Assembly (NCBI GenBank): GCA_030141605.1
Contig: JAQGDQ010001708.1
Coordinates: 1-28,392 of the forward strand
Origin: Tubiluchus corallicola
Lineage: Eukaryota > Animalia > Priapulida
DNA length: 28,392 bases
Reading direction: 5' to 3'
Shown: positions 12,338 to 22,800 of the stretch, piece by piece
How the letters are laid out: the number at the start of each line of letters is the position of its first letter
How positions within the stretch are numbered: position 1 is the first letter of the stretch
Notes under the pieces: generated by a model
The model's database searches: none
Seen by the model: the letters and a program-made list of their open reading frames with translations, nothing else
What the model was told of the DNA's origin: nothing
Program-made: the position numbers and the translations under genes

Positions 12338-14254
12338 GTTAGTACTTAAACTTGTCGTCAAAAATATGAAAGGATTACTATGTACTTAAATTGCTACTAT
12401 TTAAAATTTGTGTCCACAAAACCAAATGCCTCAGCTTTGTTGATTCACTATAATTCAATATCAAACTACTGACTTTTATGACGACAAATTAAATAAACTG
12501 ATGACAAATATAATAAATTAATATTTATCTAAGGTCATATGTGTAGGTACAGTATTAAAAACAGAAGCTTCTAATAACATTTGAAACGACCGAAAAAGAA
12601 AAAACAAAAAACAGCAAAGCACGCTGATATGGCAGTTCGTTCTTTTTGGCTTAGGCCAGTAAGAATGCGCTCGATGTGCAAAATGAGAAATTGAGCAAAA
12701 AGACTAAAATAATTTACAGTTAAGTATTTACTTGAAGTCGTGCACGGAAAATGAATAGCGTTGAATAAAATGCAGACGACTGCGCTCGAAGAGTATTCTT
12801 ATTGCCGCCGTCGGAAATTACAGAGATTCTGTAATTCCGTTTGTATATCAGGAAGAAAGTTGAAAATAAAAACGTTTCAGTGATCTGACGCCATTAAAAA
12901 AAGGCAGGACTATACTTTACATTGAGGTTACAATGCAAGTTTCAACGGATAGATGTCTTGTGTTTTGGTAGGCGTGTTTTAAATTTTAAACTTTTGAAGT
13001 TTTAAGGAGAAAATGCGTTTGCATGCAGAAAATTTGTTGTGCATTAACTGGCACTTACGTTGCTGATTCTTATCCTTATAATCGTTTATTTAAGTTTGGG
13101 CTTCAATTTTTCAATTTATTTATTAACTCCGCAAGAATGATCAAAATACAGTATCAGGTATACATGCAACATTATGTAAAAATGGAGAATGGCAGCGTAG
13201 AACACGTAGGTTATCTAGTCAGCCACCTTTAAATAGCTAGGATTAAATAAAATTAATTATGGCATCGTTATCAATTTAAATTTGTATTCGGTTGATGTGT
13301 GTAATTGGCAATTAAATGATGGGTATCGTAATACTGTAGAACATAATAATTCAAATAACGAAAGATTTACAATTTACTGTGAATCATGCAAAGCAAACAC
13401 AATAAAAATAACTTGAGATTTAAAAAATAAAAAAACAGTAGAATGATCAACCAAAGCTGTCGAGAAAAAAATATAATAAATTAAATTTCTGTCTTTCATT
13501 TTGAAGGCCTGGTCGTCTCCTGATGCTGATGGTAGACCTTTTAAGGGCGCTATTACACGTTCGCACCTTCTAGTTTTTTCTAGGTTATTACTTGTTTGTA
13601 GGCTCGTAGGTTATTATTCTATTATTCTCACATCATCGGTGAATGTTTCCGCTAATCTCGTGGTAATTTACTCATATATTTAGTGTATAATTACCAATAA
13701 TTACGTTGTATTCACAGTTCGTATCGCCCTCATGTTTGTGTGTGTAGTCACGTGACGAATTTCGTACTAGTTTATGCATTGTCAGGGCTTAGCTTAAAAG
13801 GCACGTGACACACTTTTATCTTAACCACATTTACGAAATAAAGAAAAATCTAATAATACTTCAGTAATAAATAAAATTAATGATAAATAACTATAGTCGT
13901 CTAAAATAATTTCCTCGTATATGCCAGCTTGGGGCTGACTATACAGTGAAGACGAAACAAAAAATTTGGGAAGTCTTTTGAAGAAAAGACAATGACTAAC
14001 ACAGGACTAATAATGGCATTTTAGGTTTATAAACTCATTATCACCTCCATTATTGCAATGTTAGTTTTATCGTTATCGTCATCACTACCACTATTCTGAT
14101 GTCATCGAAACTGCGAAGATACCACGATAAATATTTTACATTAATATTTTTGAAGTAGCGAGGGAACACTGTAATATGATACAAACTCCCGTGGCTGCCA
14201 CCATAATGATCATAAATTATGCAAAGAAACTAAAAATACAGGTTAAGGGCCACA

Positions 14255-14345
14255 ACGTCACTGCGCGAGAGCGATTGCGCATGAGTGGTGTAAACACAGT
14301 TATTCACGTGGAGCTTCTTGCGTGTTGGTGACGGTGACGGTAAGT
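14255..14345 (+). promoter_or_regulatory. Candidate promoter and non-coding first exon with a consensus splice donor
   Basis: CpG-rich patch with ACGTCA, TGCGCATG (NRF1-like) and CACGTG, ending in CG|GTAAGT at 14340. Confidence 0.35.
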
Positions 14346-14393
14346 AATATATGTATGACTTTAATCTGGAATTGTAAGGCCTATAAACCAATA

Positions 14394-14938
14394 CAGTCTA
14401 GCCTCGTTATCTCACCCCTCGTTATGCCGCCAAACTCATCTCTCACCATAGAAAGTACCAGAACGGATTTCCTGCTTTGATATTTACCTCGTTAAGTCGC
14501 CACCCTCGCTTCTCGCCCTAGCCACGTCATGCTAGGATGAGTGCTTATGTAAACTATATTTGTTATGTCGCCAAACTGACAAACTCAGAGGTGAATCGAT
14601 CAATACTGTACATATACTGCGTGTCGATCAATATAACCGCGGTATGTAGACAATGCTGCTTGTAGACAATGCTGCTGTACTTGGTTAATGCGCAGAGAAA
14701 CTAAAGCGCCAAAGCTGCGTTTAAGTTTGAGATTCCACAAAGTGTGAGCAACTTTACATGATGTCTCTGAAGCGAAAACTGTTTTGTCTTAATCCTGAAC
14801 AAAAAAAGGAAATTTGTGTTTATCATACGAATAATTCTTCAAAGACACAGCAGGACATATTCCCGTTATCTCGCCATACTCGCCTCTCGCCAAAAATTTG
14901 CCCTAGACGGACAGTGGCGAGATAACGAGGTTAGACTG
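14394..14938 (+). mobile_element. Internally deleted pogo/Tigger-like (Tc1/mariner superfamily) transposon
   Basis: 23-bp TIR CAGTCTARCCTCGTTATCTCRCC, TA on both sides, subterminal TCGCC repeats. Remnant ORF 14758-14925 (MMSLKRKLFCLNPEQKKEICVYHTNNSSKTQQDI...) resembles the CENP-B/pogo N-terminal HTH. Confidence 0.87.
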
Positions 14939-15110
14939 TAATATCATGGGAATATGGTGTATATTACGCCTGTTGGTCTGCTTTCTGGCGTGAAAACAAA
15001 CAATAGGCCAGAAAAAACTAGGAGGTGCGAAAGTGTAATAGCGCCCCTTTTAAGTCTTCTTGCAGAGTTTTTGTAATGCAGCAATTAAGTCTAAAATACT
15101 CCTACTATAG

Positions 15111-15525
15111 GTTTCACACTTCAAATGTAGACACAGGAAAGTTCAAATGTGACTTACGTAAGTCAAATGTAGATGCGGTACTTTGAATAAATCGGTAATT
15201 AACTCATTTAAGTACAAATTACAAAAAGATAAAACCAAATTAAAATGATATTTTATGGTCATGGTGCTATCGATACAATGATAATTCGGTGGACAAATAT
15301 AATGCAACGTCGACAAATTATAGTATAGACCTATAAAGTTATTATTTTCACAGTCTTAAGAGCAATTATTAAATTAAGATTAAATTTAACATCCTTAAAC
15401 TTTACCAGCTATCCACATTTGACTTACCAAAAACGCTTAAGATTTCTGGAAAACCATTGTTAGCACATTTGAACTACCTAAGTCTACATTTGAACTTTCC
15501 TGTGTCTACATGTGAAGTATACTAC
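15111..15525. mobile_element. Foldback-type MITE with long modular TIRs
   Basis: About 55-bp inverted repeats (ACTTCAAATGTAGACACAGGAAAGTTCAAATGT...) built from TCAAATGT subrepeats, flanked by direct repeat ATACT(C/A)CTACTATAG (15096-15110, 15519-15533). Confidence 0.78.
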
Positions 15526-15850
15526 TACTATAGTGAAAAAATATAAATTAATCCCTTGTCTATGACTGAATCGAAATTAAACTACTCCAACTCCAAAACG
15601 GGCATAATTACGATAACCTGAGTTATGGGTTTGGCAACCATTTGTACCGGTACTGCATACCAATTTTCAATTCAATTCAAAACGTGCATTTATTTCCATA
15701 TTCATGATATATCTGAGGCAAGTAAATGTATTTAATTGTCACAATGGAAATAGGATGGCGAAAGACCAAGAAGGTCAACTAGTCAAACCATCCTTCAATG
15801 GATGTATGTGATTATTGGGATGACACTGTAGCTATTTCACTCATGAATAG

Positions 15851-16248
15851 TAGGGGTGAGCATCGAAAGTTCGAGTTCGAACGAGTTTTTTAGTTCAAAC
15901 TCGATTCGAATCCAAAACTATAGATGCGAATAATTCAGCACTTCAATCACATATGTTCCTGATCACTAAAACGATTGAAACATCATGCAATTAGCGTAAT
16001 TTAGCTGTGATTTCTGCACACAATTTTAGAGAAATTACTAGTCGTTTATTGTAGAACAAAATCTAGTGATACACATGATCTTTGTAAGACTAATTTTTAC
16101 TGTTGGTTCGAAAACCTGTTCAAAAATCATTCAACCTCAATTCGAATTCGGTTCGAATTCGAAACACTGAAGTTCGGTTCGATTCAAATTCGAAAGTCAA
16201 ATTCGGTTCGATTCAAATTCGCTGTCTGGTAGAGAATGCTCACCCCTA
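15851..16248. mobile_element. hAT-superfamily MITE (TTCGAA-rich family), intact copy
   Basis: Perfect 13-bp TIR TAGGGGTGAGCAT/ATGCTCACCCCTA, perfect 8-bp TSD ATGAATAG (15843-15850, 16249-16256), subterminal TTCGAA/TTCGAT repeats. Confidence 0.93.
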
Positions 16249-17351
16249 ATGAATAGTAGTGAAATGACATTATTACTATTTTACTTAGCAACTTGATCTG
16301 TTTAAAAGTCACTAATCAACTTTAAATAACTGAAGGTTGAAAATGCAGTCAAAAATATCTAAAAATACGAGAAAATGATGAAGAAAAAGCAATGGTAAGT
16401 AAAAGCCAAATAATGTGGTAAAAATGAATATAAAAATGATCAAAATTCAAGCTGTCGTATCGTCCATGCATAACTCAAAATGAGAAAAACATGCAAAATA
16501 ATAACGATAATATTAAATAAAAAATAATAAAAAACAAATTAAATGAAGTGAAAAGTAAGCTAGCCAAACAGAAATTTAAATAAACTTTCAAACAGGGAAC
16601 TGAATCAAACTGCAAAATACATGCATTAAAATATTAACGAACGTGTCTGATTAATAAACAAAACAAAAGAAAAACAAATAAGATCAGCTAAGTTTGAGTC
16701 GTACCAGTGTTGCCCTTCTCAACCAATAAACTGTGGTGCAGTTAAGCGGCTTATTAGCAGCTAAAATAAGATTTCCACGCTTGCCATTGCAAGGTGATTA
16801 TGATAATAGGCTGGACACAAAAAATTGTTTCTGTCCGGCCTCATCAGCTGAAAAATGTCAGTAGGGAGGAAGAAAAAAATAAAAAAAGTTACTTTAAAGT
16901 TTTGTGAATGTTTAAAGCTGAATCGTGGAATATTTGAAAATCAGTTGAAATCAAAGTTTGTTTATTTCCCGCTGCTTAGCAGGAATTGTTCAATGCACAT
17001 TTTTCACGCTTTGTTTTTTTAGTTTCGCATTAGTTATGTAGCAAACTTAGCTTTTTTTTGTTAACTTTCCTTACAAATTCGTGCGCGAGGCGCCATCTGT
17101 GGCGGGAATGTAAAGCTTTTGGTTTTGGCCAGTTTTTCTGCTAGTCACCTGTCTGTTTCCCTCACCTGTGCTCTGAACAGTCAGGTTAATCCACTTTATG
17201 GGATCTGTGAGACATTTATGTACTGATTATGTTACAATAAAGCATTCAGTGGTGTTAACCTCTGTTAAAAGTGTTTCTGTGACTACAAGTAAATTATCGT
17301 AGAATTGTCAGTTATTGTATAGCCTCTTTTTTGCATCATGAACGTGTATGT

Positions 17352-17812
17352 CAGGGGTGTGCAAATTGCGGCCCACGAAGAGATTTGTCGACCTAATGAA
17401 AGTGCGGCCCGGGCGATTAATTGAGTGTATCCAGCTGAAGTCTGTGCCACGATCCCAAAGATAGTGCAGGTAGTTTTTTCTACTAGATCGGATGCCATTT
17501 ACCCTTACAAGACGGTTGTAGCTTAATGTCACTGTACTACACAGACTGTGTGATACACGTTACTAATATGCATTGTAATGAAATTACCACTATCTGTCCT
17601 GAAAGTAGAAATATATGGTTTGTAATATAAATTTTAGTAACTTCTAAAATAGTTTCTTGAGTGTAGTAGTAATGATGTACGCAGGTCGGATGCAAAAAAA
17701 ATCGTTATTAGGTCCTACTGTACTTGGCTCCTTGATCAAACTGCCTGTGGCCCGCAGGAATTGCGGGAAAGTTTAATGTGGCCCAGCTAGTCAGATAATT
17801 TGCACACCCCTG
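17352..17812. mobile_element. hAT (Charlie-like) MITE
   Basis: Perfect 16-bp TIR CAGGGGTGTGCAAATT, 8-bp TSD GTGTATGT/GCGTATGT (7/8), subterminal GGCCC motifs at both ends. Confidence 0.9.
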
Positions 17813-18104
17813 GCGTATGTTCCTATAGTTATGATATAAGCGGCAACACTACTCAGGTGTTAATACACCGGCTTGGTGGAAAATTCCGTACTTTTTAGCC
17901 CAATAACTGGAATAAAATAAGTGCCCGAGTAAAAATACACAAAACTATTTATAGTTTCTAAAAGTACTTGAAAAGGACCATTTTTGATTCATACTTATAA
18001 TACAATTTTTGATGGTTCCATGTCTCATGCAGTTGCAATATATGGCCTCCAATCAATTATAATGCTATTTTAATATAGCTCTAAGTAAATTACACATGCA
18101 CTGT

Positions 18105-18608
18105 GGTCATTTCTCCCTCTTTTCCTTCTTCCTATCCCTAATCTTACTATTTTTTTCCATTTCATCATTTCTTCTGACCCTAACCCTCCCTTCTTTCTTC
18201 CTATCCCTAATCTTACTATTTTTTTCCATTTCATCATTTCTTCTGACCCTAACCCTCCCTTCTTTCTTCCTATCCCTAATCTTACTATTTTTTTCCATTT
18301 CATCATTTCTTCTGACCGTAACCCTCCCTTCTTTCTTCCTATCCCTAATCTTACTATTTTTTCCATTCCATCATGTCTACTAACCCTAACCATTCTTTCA
18401 TTCACTCATCCTCCCCTCCCTTCCTTCTTCCTAACCCTAATCTTACTATTTTTTTCCATTCCATCATGTCTACTAACCCTAACCATTCTTTCATTCACTC
18501 ATTCTGCCCTCCCTTCCTTCTTCCTAACCCTAATCTTACTATTTTTCCATTCCATCATTTCTTCTGACCCTAACCATTCTTTCATTCACTCATTTCTGCC
18601 ACCCTAAC
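18105..18608. repeat. Pyrimidine-rich minisatellite, 69-bp units then ~91-bp variants, containing TAACCC motifs
   Basis: CCTATCCCTAATCTTACTATT at 18131, 18200, 18269 and 18338, with longer variants after that. Confidence 0.92.
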
Positions 18609-19116
18609 AAGCCAAGCTTTCAAGGTGTCATACAGCAACTCTTTTATTTGGTTAATTTGACGTTTTTTTACCTATACTGTTTCTTTTTGTTTCAATAATA
18701 TTGTATGTTGATGTATTGTATATGTATTGCTGGAGTGAAATAAATTGATTGATTGATTGAACCTCCAACACAGTGACCGTCATACAAAATGGCAACGCTG
18801 GCCGAGAGTTAGCTGTAAAAAAACATGGCCGCACCCTGCATCCCCGAAAGAATGATGTTATAATAATTATTGCGTTTTTCGTTTTAATTTAAAAAACATA
18901 CGCTTTTATATGACTGCATCAAGAAAGTGTATGTATGAATGTACAAAAAAATGATAAAATGAAGTGGATGTAGTCTGTACCTTGGTGTTCTTTTCCATTT
19001 TGTAAACTTAGAAATGTACAAAACATTTTTTGTAAGAATTTTTCATCAGGTGCCTAAATTAAGAAGTACCATAGTTAAGGTGGGTAGATACTGTAAGTAA
19101 GTCCAAAGAAAAGAAG

Positions 19117-19600
19117 CAGGGATGAGAATTTTCCGCGGATACACGGAATTCGTTGAGAAAATTTTTATGGACCCATTACATTATTTCACAAGCTGACCGC
19201 TAGTTGGCAGGCCGTCACTTTGTTTACATCACGTACATCAGTGTAACCACGTGTATATCTCTATGTATAAAAATATAGAATCAATTGTGCGGAGTTATTT
19301 GAGTCAATTGCAGACAGTTTTTATATATTTTTGCATAGGAGCGGCCAGTACTTAGGCGTTTTTGAGACAATTATGTATCATGTATCCTTGATAGTTGGGT
19401 ATTTTAAATTATGCATGAAACAAGGTAACTGATATTTTAAGTCCACTTAGAGGCTCTCTGTGGTCACAAAATTGCAATTTGTTGCTGACTCCAAGAGGGG
19501 GTTTCGTCCCCTCTCCCTTGAACACCCATGGGGGCCTACGCGGCCCCCAAACCCCCGGCCTGTTTCAGAGTTTTTTGCAATTTGTCATTCTCGACTAAGT
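19117..19600. mobile_element. Possible decayed hAT-like MITE upstream of the SIRT6 start exon
   Basis: Begins CAGGGATGAGAATTTTCCGCGG and has a GC-rich GGGGG/CCCCC block at 19496-19560. The right TIR and TSD are not recognisable. Confidence 0.3.
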
Positions 19601-19735
19601 GATGATTTGCTAAACGACTTTTTGATTTTATGGAGTGCTTATTGCTATTTTCTTTTCTAGCGCTCTGTTACTTTGAACCATGCTAGACACTTGCCGTGAC
19701 CGTTTCCAGTATTCGTTGCAAGCCGTGTGTTAAGA

Positions 19736-19801
19736 ATGTCAGTCAACTATGCAGAGGGGCTTTCGCCGTATGATAACAAAGGAAAATGTGGTCAGCCGGA
19801 G
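19736..19801 (+). CDS. SIRT6: SIRT6 coding exon 1 ([22 protein letters not shown])
   Basis: ATG at 19736, donor GTAAAG at 19802. Acceptor TTTTCTTTTCTAG ending at 19660 suggests the exon starts at 19661. Confidence 0.95.
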
Positions 19802-22800
19802 GTAAAGATCTTACTTTTGTGCATTTTCATTCATATTCGTAGCGTATTCTTAACTCCTTAACAACCGTAAGTGTTTGTTGTGTGTTATCGTTCACATTTG
19901 TAGTGTATTCCTAACTTCTTAAAGGAAAACCGGATGATTGTGTAAACACGAGTTCAGAATAAAGAATGCTCTAAAATGTTGAAAACTAAAATAGTATTTT
20001 TAAACCAAAGCTCACTGATTTTCTCAAGGTTATATTTTTCAGTGCACAGCCTGCACCTCAACTTCAATGTGGATTATCTCAGCTTAGAAATAACATAGAG
20101 TGATGAACTTGGTATCAAAATGATGCTCATGAAATAGAGATTCAGGATGTGTGAATTACTAGAAAAGCTTAATTGCTGCACACATATAGTTATACATTTC
20201 ACGCTTACTACTGATTGTTTGTTACAGATTTTGGAATCGCCGGACGTGATTCGTGACAAAGTCAAGCAACTGTCGGACCTAATCAAGTCATCCAATCATG
20301 TTGTCGTCCACAGCGGAGCGGGGGTCAGCACCGCTGCCGGAATTCCTGACTTTAGGTATGTCTATCGTCTAGAGTTTATAGATTATTAAGTGTTGGCTGA
20401 TCGATTGCCTTGCCTTATTATTTCCTTCTGCATGCGTGTGCGGTCAGTATGGTTGTCGAGGTGTGCCGACCACAGTGTGCGGTCAGTATAGCTGTCGAGG
20501 TGTGCCGACCACAGTGTGCGGTCAGTATAGCTGTGGAGGTGTGCCGACCATCGTGTGCGGTCAGTATAGTTGTCGAGGTGTGCCGACCACCGCATGCGGT
20601 CAGTATAGCTGTGGAGGTGTGCCGACCATCGTGTGCGGTCAGTATAGCTGTAGAGGTGTGCCGACCACCGCATGCGGTCAGTATAGCTGTCGAGGTGTGC
20701 CGACCACAGTGTGCGGTCAGTATGGTTGTCGAGGTGTGCCGACCACAGTGTGCGGTCAGTATAGCTGTCGAGGTGTGCCGACCACAGTGTGCGGTCAGTA
20801 TAGCTGTGGAGGTGTGCCGACCATCGTGTGCGGTCAGTATAGTTGTCGAGGTGTGCCGACCACCGCATGCGGTCAGTATAGCTGTGGAGGTGTGCCGACC
20901 ATCGTGTGCGGTCAGTATAGCTGTAGAGGTGTGCCGACCACCGCATGCGGTCAGTATAGCTGTCGAGGTGTGCCGACCACCGTGTGCGGTCAGTATAGTT
21001 GTCGAGGTGTGCCGACTACCGCGTGCGGTCAAATATAGCTGTCGAGGTGTGCCGATCACCGCGTGCGGTCAGTATAGCTGTGGAGGTGTGCCGACCACCA
21101 CGTGCGGTCAGTATAGCTGTCGAGGTGTGCCGACCACCGCATGCGGTCAGTATAGCTGTCGAGGTGTGCCGACCACCGCGTGCGGTCAGTATAGCTGTCG
21201 AGGTGTGCCGACCACCGCATGCGGTCAGTATAGCTGTCGAGGTGTGCCGACCACCGTGTGCGGTCAGTATAGCTGTCGAGGTGTGCCGACCACCGTGTGC
21301 GGTCAGTATAGCTGTCGAGGTGTGCCGACCACCGTGTGCGGTCAGTATAGCTGTGGAGGTGTGCCGACCATCGTGTGCGGTCAGTATAGTTGTCGAGGTG
21401 TGCCGACCACCGCATGCGGTCAGTATAGCTGTCGAGGTGTGCCGACCACCGTGTGCGGTCAGTATAGCTGTCGAGGTGTGCCGACCACCATGTGCGGTCA
21501 GTATAGCTGTCGAGGTGTGCCGACCGCCGTGTGTGGTCAGTACAGCTGTCGAGGTGTGCCGACCACCGTGTGCGGTCAGTATAGCTGTCAAGGTGTGCCG
21601 ACCACCATGTGCGGTCAGTACAGCTGTCGAGGTGTGCCGACCAGCGTGTGCGGTCAGTATAGCTGTCAAGGTGTGCCGACCACCATGTGCGGTCAGTATA
21701 GCTGTCGACCACCGTGTTTCATTAATTGTAATGTTTTTGTGGATAACGGCACACTTCTGATTTTAGTCATCCAACTTTAGTTGAATCAGCATGTTTTACG
21801 GTGATGCGACTGTAGCCATTCAACCGTCATTTTTTGCAATTTTTTTTCTTTTTTTTGAAGCCAAATTTTTATCTTATCAGAAATTTTTTTACTCGACTTC
21901 ATGCATTAAACGGTACATATTGCATTATTGTGTTCTGAAAACCCATTTGCAACAGTGCAGTTATACAAATGCACATTTTTGCATCCCAACTGACCACTGA
22001 ATGCTAGCCGTCTGTGTCAAGCGAGACCTGGGAGCAAGGAATCTGTTGCCATAGTAACAAGACTACTTAAAATTCCCAAGGTCGCCCATGGCTAGGTTCT
22101 GTGTTTATTGTTTAACCGCTGTCTAGAATTAAATGTTCACAAAAGAGAAACTGCTAGCAGGTAAGCAAGATATATGGGTGGTTTCAAATAAACAGAAAGA
22201 AATTTTTTTTAATCTTTTCTAATTATACAGAATAAATCAATTTGATTAATTACGCTGCTGTCCCTGTTGGAATCCATCGCGTTGCTGGCTATGCCAATTT
22301 TTACATTTCTATAGTTATAAGTTATATAAGTATATAAGTTTATTTATTTCCACTCTGCAGTAAATATAAATATAAATGCAGTATTATCCAGAAATTACAA
22401 AATGCAGCATATACAGTTGCAAATTACATTACACGTTTGGTTTTTTGCTACCCCCCCCCCCCCGGTAAGTTTAATAACCATAATATGAGTGGTTTTGCTT
22501 CTCTTAAGATTTCCTCCATGATGTAGAAGGAGAGTGTATAATGTGCATTACTGGTCTGCCAACTTTACTGCTTACTTTATTGCCAAATAGGTAATGAGAG
22601 CTGCTTATTCTTTACCTATTTGGCTCCTGGGAAATACTTAATTAGTACATCATAGCCTCTGCCTATATGAACTGGTTGTATGTTTGTAAAATCTACCACT
22701 GATGATGACAGCAGTAGCCTGTCGAAACGTTTGGCATGATTTTAATTATGTAAAGTAAAAGTTTTAATAAAGTTATGTTCTGTTTAATTATAAATAGTTA

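Larger units (their letters stand above)
13545..15046. mobile_element. TIR-bounded non-autonomous element (PIF/Harbinger-like termini) with a nested pogo derivative
   Basis: Inverted repeats 13545-13581 and 15010-15046 match at 35/37 (GGGCGCTATTACAC.TTCGCACC..CTAGTTTTTTCT) and extend loosely to about 60 bp. T/A-rich flanks; TSD ambiguous, so the superfamily is tentative. Confidence 0.7.

Noticed and set aside
16705-18801. Possible hAT element bounded by CAGTGTTGCC and GGCAACGCTG
   Set aside because: Short imperfect match and no 8-bp TSD (AGTCGTAC versus GCCGAGAG).
20410-21780. 456-aa Cys-rich metallothionein- or keratin-associated-like protein
   Set aside because: A 39-bp minisatellite inside a SIRT6 intron; non-ATG start, open in several frames, a frameshift mid-array and no third-position bias in the variants.
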